From Glaucostegus cemiculus (Eukaryota): DNA of 64,000 nt. The notes beneath the pieces are model-generated. The model had not been told where the DNA came from. It saw only the letters and a program-made list of their open reading frames with translations, and ran no database searches. How positions within the stretch are numbered: the stretch's first letter is position 1; every line of letters begins with the position of its first letter. The DNA is taken from positions 7,130,001 through 7,194,000 of the forward strand of contig CDPCPM010000011.1 of NCBI GenBank assembly GCA_976551045.1, written 5' to 3'. The position numbers and the translations under genes are program-made. Below are positions 1 to 13,189 of this stretch, in pieces.

Positions 1-24
1 AAGCCTTGCAGTATGAGTCACAGT
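1..24 (-). CDS. NTN1: Netrin-1 coding exon, 5' part only (start of NTR/C345C domain), truncated by the window edge
   Basis: Minus strand reads cttctccatcccacaacag|AC TGT GAC TCA TAC TGC AAG GCT T = (D)CDSYCKA(S). Acceptor AG at 26-25 with a pyrimidine tract. The phase matches the G left by the 54-nt exon. Confidence 0.88.
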
Positions 25-3000
25 CTGTTGTGGGATGGAGAAGTACAAACACACACATCAGACTACAAAAAGACATGGTAAAAACAGCATTGCTCAGAAT
101 AGCTGAGCCCTTACGGAATCCATCTGCTGCTGCCAATTGTGTTGTCTAATAGGTCTTATAGAGCATTCATAACGCCTTAATTTCTATAGAAAAAGTCACA
201 CAAAGAGCTCTGTCTGGTAAATACTTTGCTGTCTGCAGGCAGTCTTTGCCTTGTTTGAGATCTTCAAGCCTCCCCTATTTACACCACCCAAGACTCATTT
301 AAGCTATAGATTCCCCTCCTGTCAAAGTGGCACTGGCCCCTGATTAAGGCCCGTGGATACCTCATTGTCACCTCTACCCAGGCTTGTGTCGAACTTTGCT
401 TTCAGCCTATAGAGATTCTGTCCACAGGTCAATCCAAAACAATAGAAGGTCAAGCAGGAAATGAGGAACCCATGGGGCATTAGCAATGCCTTTGGTGTCC
501 TCTCAAGATAGGTGGACAAATAAATGTTCCACAAAGCACTTTTTAATTTATACTGAGCCTGTTGTTTCTGCCTACCTTGTTGCTGCTTCCTTTACTTAGT
601 CTCAATGATAAGGTATGTTTGATATATTACTTAAGATACCCACATGGGATAACATTTCAAGTAAATGCTTTTGTTGGGATTGGATCCAGAAACTCTCAGG
701 ATAGCTAAAACTGGGTCATCCTCTATGACGATCCTTCCAATGCTCTGTATTTTAAATGCGTAGAGAAAACTTCCACTTCTTAGCTCTTTATTCCAGGGGA
801 AAAAAATCACTGCATTACTTTCCAGGGATTTTCACCATGAGTCCAGCAAAAGCATGGTAGTGGAACCTCCCATTATTCCATTGCTGTCATATAATTACAC
901 ATGAGCCCAGTTATTATACCTCCTCCCAAGATTCAGGTAGCTCTGGACAAGATCAAGAATCAATCTTGGGACCTTCTAATCTCCACTGTTCATTTGCACA
1001 CTGACATACCAACACCACTATCAGGAGCCTCATCACTGTGTTTAACTTTCTACAGATTCCTTATTCTATGCAGCCTTCTTACAAAATATCTTGACTTCTA
1101 TTAGACTGATCTATTTTTAAGATTGTCTCTGCAACATAATCATTTTGTATACATGCACACAAACATATGCATATACACACACATATGCACATGCAGGCAC
1201 TAATACAATCACATCTTTGGCTTTCAGTTGGTTAACTTGACCTAAATGTAGCAGGGAAGGCATCAGTCACTTTATTGAAAAGCAGCCAACCAACAATTTT
1301 CCTGCTTGAACTAACTTAAAAGTAGACAAATGAAATTTAAACAATTTAAAGAAAGAAAACGAGCACAGTGCTTTCATCAGGACGGGAGACTATATTCCAT
1401 TTGGAAAAGATTGGTTTAGCCTCAACCATTTTACAACAATGGAAAATTCTTAAGAAACAGATGCCACGCTAAAAGCTTAAAATTAACCAGCATTTTATCA
1501 TCAATATTTCACCAAAGAAATTTAAAAACTCACTTTTTTCCCCTCAAACTTAAATTCATTAGAAAGCCATATACACTTCACTTATAGCATCAACCAATGT
1601 GTTGTTATAACTTTTTTGGAGCTTTATATGGGCTAGAATATGAACAAACTTCATTGTTTTGCTCTTAGCTCAGCCAGGGCTTTATTTTCTTTTATGTTTT
1701 GAGTGAAAGAGGTTGCCCCAGCAACAGGGGAAAAAAAGAAAAATGCAAAAACATTGCAAGTAATACAGAATCAGCCTCGAACCTGGCTAAAAGTCTGATC
1801 TAAATGGAAGTGAAGTCTATGCTAGCTCCTCTGTGTTTACGATTAAGTCTTTTTTCTAAAAAAAAGCTCCGAGATTTCCCTGGTTCTTGCTGCTCAATCA
1901 AAAATTACATTTAACAGACGCAGAGATGGGGCCAGTGCAGGCTGGAGCTCGAGCATAAACCTCTATCTGTGGACAATAGGGCGCAAATGAGTGCACAGTA
2001 GCAGCGTTTTCTTCTTGTTCAACAAGATTGATTGAGAAACAAATTGCTGCAAATAAAGCATGTAATTAGATTAAAGCCCTCGCCCAAGTTACCAGGACTG
2101 AAACCAAATGGTTGGCATTTGAGTAGGCAAGGCCCAATTTGCATTTTTTTGTCCTCTGCTTTTTTTGCAGACAGTGTGAGGCAACTTCTGGAACATTCTG
2201 CAGAAGCTGATGATGGAAAGAAATGCAATCCCTGATGTAAATCTTCAGGGAATCAGATTAAATAGCAGTGTGATAACTTTAAATTCAAAGTCTGTTGATT
2301 AAATGTTAGACATCCTGTGGTGGTGCAGTTATGAAGTGAAAGTATAAACACTAGCCTCTTTTTTCCAGGAAGTTCCTTGTGTATAATAGTACAGCTGCAA
2401 AGAATAGAGGGTCGCATGCCATCATTCATGACAGATAACAATGTCTGTTTTGTCCTGAACAAATGACTTCAAATCTTATATATAGCTGAATTATTTAACT
2501 ACCCTCATAACTCTATGTGCTGTTCCCCAGAGGGGGTGCCAAAGACTTCAAGACATTTATCAGGCCCAACTTCTCACACCTGTTACACAGCTGCTGTGCA
2601 TTCCTCTCTAGGTGGTTTGTACCCACTCAGAAACACAGGCTGTTTAGAGAGGTTTTTATTTTTGGCGGTACCTGGTGACTGGGCTGCAGAATGTTAACTA
2701 CATAAGATTTCAGCAGACACTATTATTACCACAGATTGAGTTTAAATTTTATAGCCATTTTGTACACCCTTATCTTTAGGCCCAGTGATTTGGTGTCACT
2801 AGGCTACTGGGAAATTATTTCTTTTTAATTAAGTTATAATGCTTAGATCATATCTCATACACATTTTACTTGGCAATATCTGGTGAATGCATGGCATTAA
2901 TTTCCACATAATGCTGACAATACCCTGTTCTCCCCCACTTCCTTTGATTCTAAGTTTTCTCTAAATTGACTGACCCAATAATAGATAGGCAGAAATTTTA

Positions 3001-3039
3001 CAGCAATGAAATTTTGGCAAGATCGAAGCCATTGTCTTC

Positions 3040-3790
3040 AGATCTTGTTAGAAACTCCATTCTCCAGCCACCAACTCTTCTTGTTAAGTGTCTGTGTATC
3101 AATGAGACTGTTTGCAACCTCAGAGCTGCAGATGATGTCAAGATAAACTTTGGGCTACATAACCACACCATAAGCTACTTCCACCTCTTGACAACGACTG
3201 ATTACATCCATGCCTCAAATCATCTGCTGCTGTAATTTTCTTCCATACCTTTATTACCTCTAGATTTAACTACTCCTGTGCATTCCTGACTGATGTACTT
3301 TGTTTTATCCTCTGCAAATTTGTGGTTATCCACAACTCTGCTGCCTGTCCCATCTTGTACCATTCAGTACATTACTGACCTATTTAGACTCTAGTTAAAC
3401 AAAACCTTTAGTTTGGAATTATCACTCTTGTTTTCAGCTTCCAGTGCCCTAGTCCTTTCCTGTCTCCGCTGTTTCTTCTGGCCTTATAATCTCTCACGCT
3501 TGCTGTACTTGTGCCACATCTGACCTTTTGACTATTCCCAGTTTTGGTTGCTTCACCACCACAAGCTTCCCTTCATCTGGCTGGGTCCTGAACTTTACAT
3601 TTCCCTCCCTAAAACTACTTATCTGCTGCTCTTTCCTTGTTTAGGATGCACCTTAAAACCCAGATTTGACCAAGCTTTTGTTTTCTCCACTAATAAGTTC
3701 CATGTGACTTTGTGTCTTAAATTTTGTTTTGCTGTGAAGTGCCTTGGGACATCTCTTGTGTGGTTCTATATAAATATAAGGTATTTTCAT
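3040..3790 (+). mobile_element. L2-type LINE 3' fragment (degenerate)
   Basis: ttccatacctttattacctctagatttaactactcc (~3241) translates to FHTFITSRFNYS, a decayed form of the L2 ORF2 motif IHAFVTSRLDYSN. It ends in an L2-like tail gctgtgaagtgccttgggac...ctatataaatataag. Confidence 0.7.
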
Positions 3791-5329
3791 TGTAGCAGAA
3801 TGTGTCATGCAAGTACAGAAATTCAGGATTTTCTGATAGGGCACTGTAGTTGAGCATATCACTTGCACCATGGTGTGTTGTTTTTCGCAGAAACTACGTC
3901 CTGGATGGGAGATACAATGAATTAAGCAGAGACACTGACTGTTCCACTCAACCCTTACAAATGCTCCTTTCCTACCCTCATATTATTTGCATTCAGGTTC
4001 ATAAAGGCATTTATAAAGTTAAAGCAATAGAGAATTTTTCTGTAAAGAAGGTAAAACCCCAGAGACAATGTGATTGTGAGTAACCATTAATAAGGTTCAG
4101 GAAGATGTTGTTGTGCTTGTTTGGTCATCCAACCACAGATAGGGCGGAATAGTGAGCGCGTGTCTTGTCCTCTGTTGTTTCCTGTACTACCTAGCCTCAG
4201 TCTTATCAAATGCTTCCTCAAATTCATTTACCCTGAGGGAATGCAAGATAACTGCAGACCTTTAACAAATTCATGTAGCCTTTTCACTTTGCTAGTGTTG
4301 CATTGGGTATCACTAAAGTTCCTTGCCTCAACTTTCTGCAGCTTTGAGGGATTGTTGACAGCAAAAAATTCATGCACATTGTACATGCAGTGCTGATTTT
4401 CCAATGGGTAATTTGAGGCCAAAAAATGATACCACGTTGGCAGTATGAATCACAGAGAGCTGATTTTCTTTGGTGCATCTCCAATCCCTCAGCACGAGAA
4501 TGTTGCCTGCTTGCAACCATGTGGCAGGCAATTTGCACCATTATCACTACTTCCCCTTTAATAGCAAGCTTGGATATCTTTAAGAGATGGTTTCCTATGC
4601 CAGGTCTTTTCCTCCATGGCCAAATACAGTATTAGCTCAGCTCCCTTGGCAAGCTAATTAGGTGCCAATGATCTATTAAAAGCAAAGAGAAGGACTTTAT
4701 TCTGAAATTTGCCCTGTTCATTTTCAATGCGAATCAACTCTATGCTGGGGTAGTTCAACCTCTATTTCCCCATCACAAGAAACTCAGGAGTATGGTGTAA
4801 ATTCAGAGTTCAAACCTGAACTGCAGCCCAATGGAAGGGCTTGGGAGGAGGTAAATCATTGGCGGTGATAAAGCAGGATTTAACAAAACATTTTGGTCCA
4901 TTCAAAATACACAAGCAAAATATCAAAACCTACTGCTAAAACACATGTGCATCAGAATTCATAAAAATTATGGAGTTGAGACAAGTTTTCTTTTGCTCTA
5001 TTGACAATAAGCAATTTTAATGGTTTGGATCTGCTCCCAGGATGAAGAGACTTGATTAAGTTGTGTCATACTTAACCTAATAGCTCATCTGAAGTCAATA
5101 GACTCATTGTTGATAAAAATGGAAACCAGACTCTTTGTGCTCTCTACTTTAAGGACACAAGAGCAACTGGATCATGTTTAAAATGCAAACTAATGCAATG
5201 TAACACATCTCGTTCCAACCACCAAAACTACAAAAGCAACCCAAAACAGGACTATTACAGTGATCAGGTCAATTCCTATTGATGAGAATGCAAACTCACA
5301 CCTGTCAATCTCCAACCATACCTCCTGGA

Positions 5330-5960
5330 CAATCAAAACAAGAATCACAGAAATAATCCTTTTGTTAATTTGAGAAAAGCTGGAACATTTCTATCCACCT
5401 CCCATTTTGTTAACACATGGAACCAGGTGACTGAAGTAGCTTTACTGAGAACTTAAAACTTACCCTCTAGAACTGAAATGTGTTCTTTTCTGAGGAATTT
5501 GTTAAGTTCCTCTTCAAAGGACTGAAACAACTCCTTACCCAGCACATAGTTCAGTAAACTGTTCCAGAGGGTGATGACTTTCCACAAAAATAACTCTTTC
5601 CTGGCATTTAACCTAAATGTTTGCCCAAAATTTTTTATATGCATACTCCCCAGTCCAATCACTTCATCATTTTAATAACCTCAATTATATTGCCCTAAGT
5701 CTAAGTTCTTCCAAAGTAAACAACCCCAAATCTTAAAGCTTGTCATCACAACCAAGTGCGAAAAGGATAGATTGCATCCTGATCGCCCTCCCCTGCAATT
5801 TCTCCAATATGCCAAACCTTCAATTTGAGGAACCAAAATTTGTCTGAAAGGACAAGAGCAGTGTTCAGACCAAACTTAGTATCGGCACATGATAGTTCAA
5901 GCAATATAATCTAAAACTTAATGTGCTTTCCTAAAATTTTACACTGCTTCTGTACCTTTA
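5330..5960 (-). mobile_element. Old CR1 LINE ORF2 C-terminal fragment
   Basis: ORF 5453..5662 FRLNARKELFLWKVITLWNSL...SFEEELNKFL resembles the CR1 ORF2 end (FRLDxRKxFFxxRVVxxWNSLP...FKxxLDxFL). Confidence 0.65.
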
Positions 5961-6329
5961 ATTACACTTATATAAATTGTTGATCAGTTACATTTAACCC
6001 AAACCAAGAATATTTTAAGACCCCAAATGCATTTGTCCACATTTAGAGCAGAAATAAACCCAGTCCCCTAATTTCTCTATAGAGATCTACAAAATATACA
6101 TTTGATCGTCCGACCCTTCAACGCATTCCTGTATCATTAGTAAACCTAAGTACTGTATATTATGGTAAGGTAGGGAATCAACATTTCTAGGAAGGAAGAG
6201 GTGAGAAAATAAGCATTAAAATTTACAAATTTTGATAAGGGATGAGTGCCTACAAGTTCATCTCCATTCAGTAGCACTAAGCTTGCTGTGTAGAAGAATA
6301 GTACCTTGTATCCTGATCACTTGGCAATG

Positions 6330-6725
6330 AATTAGAGTCATGGACATATACAGCACGGAAACAGGCCTTCTGGCCCAACTGGTCCACACTGACCAAGATG
6401 TCCCATCCATGATAATTCCATTTGCCAGTGTTTTTAGACCATAACCTTTTTAATCTTTCCAATCATGTACCTGTCCAACTGTCTTTTAAAAGTAGTTATT
6501 GTACCTGCCTGAACCACTTGCTCCTGCAGCTCATTCCACATAGATACCGTGCTTTGTGTAAAAATGTTGCCCCTCCAGATCCTATTAACTCTTTCCCCTC
6601 TCACCTTAAACCTATTCCCTCTAAGTTCTTCATACCCTAACCCTGCATTCACCCTATCTATGCCCCCTCATGATTATATCACCTCTATAAGATCACCCCT
6701 CAGTCTCCTACACTGTAAGGAATCT
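6330..6725 (-). mobile_element. CR1 LINE 3' end (ORF2 C-terminus and 3' UTR)
   Basis: ORF 6434..6652 RGNRFKVRGER...WNELQEQVVQAGTITTFKRQLDRYM, followed by a typical 3' UTR (plus-strand tacagcacggaaacaggccttctggcccaac). Confidence 0.85.
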
Positions 6726-6769
6726 CTACAACAATACTTACTTTTTATTATTTGTACATTGTAAGCTGT

Positions 6770-7150
6770 GAAAAGGGTAATAAGACAAACAAAGAGAGAG
6801 TAAAATAAGATAATGGCAATTAACATAAAAGAAAATGTAAAAGTCTTCTAAAGTCATGTAAACACTAAGTGCGGGGGTGGGACCAATTAGAGAAAAAGAG
6901 GCTGATCTATACATAAATATATACCTGGTATGAGTATTTGTATCAGTCTTTACCAAGGAAGAGAAGGATATAAAACTTGCTAGAATTGGAGATCGTAGAA
7001 ATAATGGATGGGATAAAAAATAATATTAAGGAGAAACTAGAAGGGCTGACTACGCTTAAAGTAAGCAAGCCAACTGGTGCATATGGGATTCAACTTTGGT
7101 TGCTAAGGGAGGGAAGTGGCAAAACGTTTGAGATAATCTTTCTGACGAAA
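6770..7150 (+). mobile_element. CR1 LINE internal ORF2 fragment
   Basis: FVSVFTKE at ~6937 and LKVSKPTGAYGIQLWLLRE, a decayed LKVDKSPGPDGxHPRLLRE motif that precedes the RT domain. Confidence 0.7.
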
Positions 7151-7729
7151 ACTTCCTCAACTATCTGCTCCATAACTGACATGTCTGATCCAAAATGCTG
7201 AAATCCTATTACATCCTTGGAGTTCTCCCAATTCTGGTATTCCTTTTTAATGCAACAGTTACCTCTCAGGGCAGAGTTCTATGGGTGGCAGGGTGGTGCT
7301 GACTATGCCTGACTTGGCCATCCAAAGTCAGACTGGAACATGGCTATGATTTCCTTTCTGTGGTTAATCTCTCATTTTACTCAGAGTACAGTCTCGCAGC
7401 TATTCTTCGTTCTATGGGGATCACTGCCCACTCATCCTTTTCCAGTTGTCTTACCTTTCGAGTCAATCTCTTCAGCACATGTTGTCAGGTTCCCCCCACC
7501 CCCCCTCACCCCAGTTCCAATTCAGTCATTATACCTCCATAGATAATTTATCTTCTCATTTTTGCTTGGTGATCTGTCATCTATCCTTTTCTATTCATTC
7601 TGCTGTCTCTTGGGCTCTGTAAGCACAGAACCATGTGCTATACCTGTACAGGCAATATGCAACTCCAAACCTTCAGCACCAACATCTACTTGAAGACAAT
7701 TCATGAACTTTGAGTGTTCAACACTCTAG

Positions 7730-10020
7730 TACATTAATGAGGAGTTGTGTGGGTAGCCCATTGTTTTTAAGGTGGTCACCCTGCAGCTTGAGGAGAGGGA
7801 ATCAGAGAGGGAATGGGTGACCACCAGGTAGAGGAAGGGAGGCAGCAGGTAGTCAAGAAATCTCAGAGTGCATCTTACTCCAGTATCCTTTTCCTTTGTT
7901 GGAAAATGGTGGGGATGAATAGTTCCTCTGGGAGCACACAGCATTGTGTGTGACTCAGCTGCACAAAGTGGGGGGGGGGGGGGGGAGCAAAAATCCAAGG
8001 GTAATAGTGGTAGGGAATTTGACAGTGAGGGGAACTGATGGGTGCTTCTAAGGCTTTGATGTGAATTCATGATTGTGTGTTGCCTTCCTAGTGCTAGGGT
8101 CAAAGATGTCACAGAATAGTTCAAGGACATCCTAAAGGGGGAGGGTAAACAGCAAGAGGTTGATTTTAACGTTGGTACTAATGGCATTGGTATAAAGAGT
8201 GATGGGGCCTTGAACGTGAATTTAGGGAGCTAGATTGCAGATTAAAGGATAGGGGCCCTCCAGTTATAATCTCTGGATTATTTCCAGTGTCAAGTGCTAG
8301 TTCAGAAAAGAATAGGAAAATAGGGCAAATGAATGCACCTGACCAGAATGGGTTTGACATTCTTATGGGATGGGCGAGGTTGGGGCTTGGGGAGGTGATT
8401 TCTAGTGCTGTTGGGAAGTGTTTAAACTAATTTGGCAGAGGAAATGGGCAGGGTGGGAGTACGGGAGTGGGTGAGTAACAGCTAAATGTAGAAAGAAAAC
8501 TAAACCAGACCAGTAGGCAGTGTATACATAGACTTGCTAAAGGCACATAGGAGGAATACAAGTTTGGATTGCATCTATTTTATTGCGAGGACTCTGATTA
8601 GTGAGATGGATGAACTGAGGGCAAAGAGGATATTATAATGTTGCTATTACGGAGGTGTGGATTAAAAATAAAAAGTAGGGTGGGTAAATACTTTGCTGCC
8701 TCCAAACAGTCAGTATGAGATAAAGAAGCAGATATATAGGCAAAGCTCAGAGATGTGTAAAAATAATAGGGTACTAATAGTAGGGCTGGAATTTTTAAAG
8801 TGGATCCAGTGGAGCTTTTTGAGCCAGTACCCATATGGTCCCACAAGGGAAGGGTGGTATCTTTGGGAATGCTGCTGGGCAAGTGGCAGGACTATCAGTG
8901 GCACAGCACTTCTGAAACAGTAACCAAAACTAAATTTTGAGGTTGTTATGGAAAAGGAGGAGGGTGGACCAGAAGTTAAGATCCTGAATTGGGGGAAGAT
9001 TGATATCAATGGGATTATGCATGAGCTGGAAAATGTCAACTGGGAGCAGCTACTTGCAGGTATGTCTACATCCAACAAATGGAAGTCTTTAAAAAAATGT
9101 TTTAAATGTTCAGGCCAATGTGGTCTTGTAAGTGTGAAAGGTAAGGCCAAAAAGTACAAGGAACCCTGGATGTCAAGGGATATTGAAGGTTGGATAAAGG
9201 ATAAGGTAGCTTATGGCAGATTTAGATAACTGAAAAGAGGAGAGGCCCTATAGGAATATAAAAAGTGTAGCAGAATACTTATAACAGTAATTAGGTTGAA
9301 GAGAGCACAAAATAGCACTGGTGGGACAATCCCAAACCATTTTATAAGACTATTAAGGGTAGAATAGTAACCAGCGAAAGAGTAGGGCCCCTTAGAGACC
9401 AAAGTGGCAAGCTGTGCATGGAGCTGAGTATGTAGGTGAGATCTTAAATGAATTCTTTTCATCTGTGTTCACTATGGAGAAGGAAAATATAGTTGGAAAA
9501 TTCCGGGAAGAGGACAATTGAATTCTAGGTCAAATTACTACTGCAGATGAGGAGATATTGGATGTCTTAGTGAGCTCAAAAGGTGGATAAAATGCCAAAG
9601 GGTTTTTGACCTGAAATGTTAACTCTTTCTCTCTCTCCTCCTGCCGAGTGTTTCCAGTATTTCCCATTTTTATTTCACCGGGCTGTTGGTTGAGCTGGAG
9701 TGTTTTGTCTATGAGGGGAGACTGGATGGGCTGAGTTTGTTTTCCTTGGAGCAGATCAGGCTGAGGGGAGACCTGATTGAGGTATATTCCCTTAAAGGGT
9801 CAATAGCCAGGGGGCATAGTTTTAAGGTAAGGATTTGGAGACTTAGAGGGGATTTGATGAAGAATATTTCCACCCAGAAGGCTATCTGGAATTGGTGGCT
9901 GGTAGAGGTGGGTACTCTGAAGATGTATTTAGATGAGCATTTGAAATGCCAAAGGCTAGAAAGTAATAGGCCAAAATGTGGGTGATTGATAGCCTGTAAG
10001 ATCACAGTGGGTTTAAGTAC
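7730..10020 (+). mobile_element. Decayed CR1 LINE with ORF1 (esterase-like) remnant, endonuclease region, large internal RT deletion and 3' end
   Basis: ~8078-8160 reads CCLPSARVKDVTE*FKDILKGEGKQQEV (CR1 ORF1 SGNH-like CLPGARVxDV). ORF 8948..9229 contains KILNWGK...NWEQLL...EPWMSRDI. ORF 9686..9985 contains LFSLEQIRLRGDLIEVY...RGHSFKV. Confidence 0.85.
9598..9678 (+). mobile_element. Short Penelope-like terminal-repeat remnant inserted in the CR1
   Basis: gacctgaaatgttaactctttctctc...gagtgtttccagtatttcccatttttatttca matches a common elasmobranch repeat end. It splits the CR1 KVDKSPG codons (ggtggataaatgcc ... ccgggctg). The same motif occurs in reverse at 57303-57385. Confidence 0.55.
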
Positions 10021-10269
10021 CTGTTTGCATACTATGTAACTATAAAATTCATTCAAATAACCATTGACAAAATAAATTCACTTTATTTTCTCCAATACCA
10101 TTAATTTGTTGGCTGCCCACTCAGAATGAACCTGGAAGCATACACCTTCCTTGTGAAGCTGAGCTGACAGTCTTCTTCCACATCTGGTCTATATCGAATG
10201 TTCTTACATCTTCAGTCAATTGCTGTCCACATTCCTAAATGCCACCCACCACTGTTGAAGTCCTTTTCT

Positions 10270-10680
10270 AAGTTTTTATTAATTTGGGAATCAATTCTTC
10301 AAATTTTGCACTTGTCACTAAGCCCAATTACATCTTTCACAAAACTGAACTAATCTAGAAGTTGGGCCAACACCACTATCAATCCTATCCTTTTCACATT
10401 ATTGGATCTATTGATTAATTTTTTTTAAATGGCCTCACTCCATGTATTTGAGTGATTTCATTCAGCAGTATCTCTTAAGCTGGACACAGACATAAATAGT
10501 TTGTTCAGTGTCTCAAGCCTATTACTGGACCACAATTTGGATTCTGGAGTACCACTCCTTTAGTTTTACCATTGAAGTTCAGTTTTTTAATTACTGTGAC
10601 ACCATTTTGTGAATTCTTCCTTAACATGCCTCCATTTCTTTACCATTCCCAGTTTCTTCAAAATTCCAGACAGCAATCTC
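10270..10680 (-). mobile_element. Highly decayed CR1-like fragment
   Basis: Weak similarity to antisense CR1 ORF2 (e.g. atagtttgttcagtgtctcaagcc). No clean reading frame. Confidence 0.35.
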
Positions 10681-13019
10681 TTCAGTTACACATTGGTTCC
10701 TATCCCCCTCATTCAAACCCTCCTTCAGGCTTGGCAGCCAGCACACCACCTGTACAGCACTCTAAGTTGTTCCTTTCTGTGAAGATGAATGATATGAATA
10801 TCTGTTGCTGTTGAATAAATGTAACTAACTGTGTATTTTAAAACTCACAGAGGCGAAGACTTTGAAAGAATAAATTTCATTTCTGGTAATGCTGGTGGAA
10901 AGTTATGTTGAAGGATAAATGTAACATAAATCCTACTATTTTAAAATATTGGCAAATTGAATGCTAGACTGATGATGAAATCTTAACATTTCATAAATAT
11001 ATGCCTTTTGAATGTAAAAGTCATGACAAAATCATATTTGCATTCCATGAAGTTTTGCATTTAAATCTGAGCAATTGCTGGGTATTGCGGACATTGTGTT
11101 AGGAGCAAGTGCTTGAAATTGTATCTGATTAGTTAAATTCTAGTTGAAAGCCAGATCCATGGCAACTGATTTGAAAATACTTCCTTTAGAAAGCTTAGTT
11201 TTTTTTAGTTGAACGTGGCACAGCATGGGACTAAATTAGAGAGGAAAGAAAATAATGGGTAATTTGGCTTTTGGATTCACCTTGTAATTGGCTCTATGTT
11301 CCAATGTATCAGCTCACACCTAAAATCTCAAGATGTCAGCAGTATATTTCAGGCCTAGGCCCTGGGGATGAATGAGTTCCCCGGATCAGAATGTTGCTTG
11401 CTTATTCACCTCCAAGGGTTTCCCTAACCTGCTTTGCCATAAGACTGGAGTTCTGTTCTAAACATACTGTATGTCCAAACAAGAAAGCTTCTGTTTATTG
11501 TTCTCTACATTGTTCTTTACTTTGGGTTCTTTCTTCCATGGCCCCAAGCCTTGAACCTTTCAATGGCAGATAACTATGGAGTACAATCCAATTCCTGATT
11601 ACCTCATTCTTTACCCAGTATTTCTTCTTAAATCTCAGCCCTTCACTTAGGGCATTTATCATATTCTTCACTTGTTGAGACAATGCCCAGTCTATGTGCA
11701 TGCAATGTGCCACATAAAAATGACAAGGGGTTAAAATGGGAACCATGCTATTATCCTCTTCAAGTATCAGCAACTGTAACAACAACACACATCCTAAGTG
11801 CAGGTTGGTAGAGTGGATCAGAGAATATCACTCTATAAAAATAACATGACACCAACCTCATCACTGCCCTTCCCATCATTTGCGAAAACAATTGAAGAGT
11901 TCAGCTGGCTCTCAGAGCAGTGAACCTGTCCAGAAAGGAGAGCATTGATCGTCCCAAAGCAATCTGAAACTAATGAGAAACTATGCACAGAGGTGGTTTT
12001 TAAATAGCACAGAGTAAGCACTAGCTGTATGGAACTTTAGAAAATCTAAGCCTTGGATCTAGTGAAAATGAAAGATCAAGGTGGTATTGGATGCTGTCCA
12101 CAATACATGATTAATAGAAGTAATAGATTTGCAAATGGTTCATTGGCTTAGGAATAACCATTGGTCAGGATACTCCTATCCAGGATCAATTAGGATGAGT
12201 TCTGCTACATCTCCTCCTGCCTTTCTACAACCACATTGTCCAGTCTTCATTAGTGTGGAAAAGTGTGCGAGATACGGAACATACTTATCAGCAACAATCA
12301 GCTAATGTTGTACAAGCTGGCCAGAATCATGGTGCCACATCTGTCTGTCCAAATTCTTGTTTGTAATTCAAGATTACTTGTTTCTGAACCCCAGAAAATG
12401 AGTAAATCAGTGACTGTATGGCGCTGACTGCTGGAGGTGGGGTTGCTGTTGTTTGGAACAAGGGGATGGCTGCTAGAACAGTGTCTCTATAAACTGCGAT
12501 TGATGAAATTAATTGTTAATATTAAAATAATTTACCAAATGAATTTTAGACAGAGTAACACCACTTTTCTGCAGGACACTAGGAAAAATCCGAGGATTTA
12601 TTCCATAGTCTTTCACCCTACCAGTGCTAAAGTGCACTTTATGTGTATTTTAAGATGTGAAAAGCTTATGACATGGTTCTGGAATCCATACAAGTTGTAT
12701 GTCTGCATTCAGTTTTTTGAGACACAAGTTTTTTTTTCCTGAAATTGTTTTGTCTTCTTAAGACTGTTGATCTAGTTTTTTTTCTGGTTTTCTACATGGA
12801 CATGTATGTGATATTGCAGAATTCTATGAATATGTGACTAATACTTCTTTGCAGTAACATCGAGTTCTATTTTGGGGTCTATCTTCAGTCAGCCAAAACA
12901 AGGGCTTCAGCTATGAGTTGTAGACTGAAAAGAATGATAACTGAATGTTTCTTTAGGTCTATACCCTTTCAGCAACATAATTACAGAACATTGTTTCTTT
13001 CTCTGTTCTATGCCTGTTA

Positions 13020-13165
13020 AACTTTTAAATGTTTTTGGATGAGTACTTGGTGGGCTATGGACAAGAACTAGGAGGTAGAATTAATTTGAAGAAATGCTTT
13101 TTGTCCAGCATGAACCATGATGGGCTGAATGGCCACCTCCTGTGCTGTAAATTTCTATGATTTTG
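13020..13165 (+). mobile_element. CR1 3' UTR fragment
   Basis: gatgggctgaatggccacctcctgtgctgtaaatttctatgatt is the typical CR1 terminal motif. Confidence 0.7.
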
Positions 13166-13189
13166 TTGCTATGGTTCTTTTGTTATCCC

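Noticed and set aside
6330-7150. Twin-priming 5' inversion (minus-strand 3' end next to a plus-strand internal piece)
   Set aside because: The two pieces come from parts of ORF2 more than 1 kb apart and appear to differ in age; independent insertions are the simpler explanation.
7970-7985. G16 run as a functional G-quadruplex
   Set aside because: A homopolymer inside a decayed CR1; slippage explains it and the length may be unreliable.
9598-9630. Hammerhead ribozyme in the Penelope-like ends (also 57360-57400 and a CTAATGA...GAAA motif on the minus strand at 12222-12253)
   Set aside because: The catalytic CUGANGA core is missing or mutated and stem II does not pair convincingly; relics at most.
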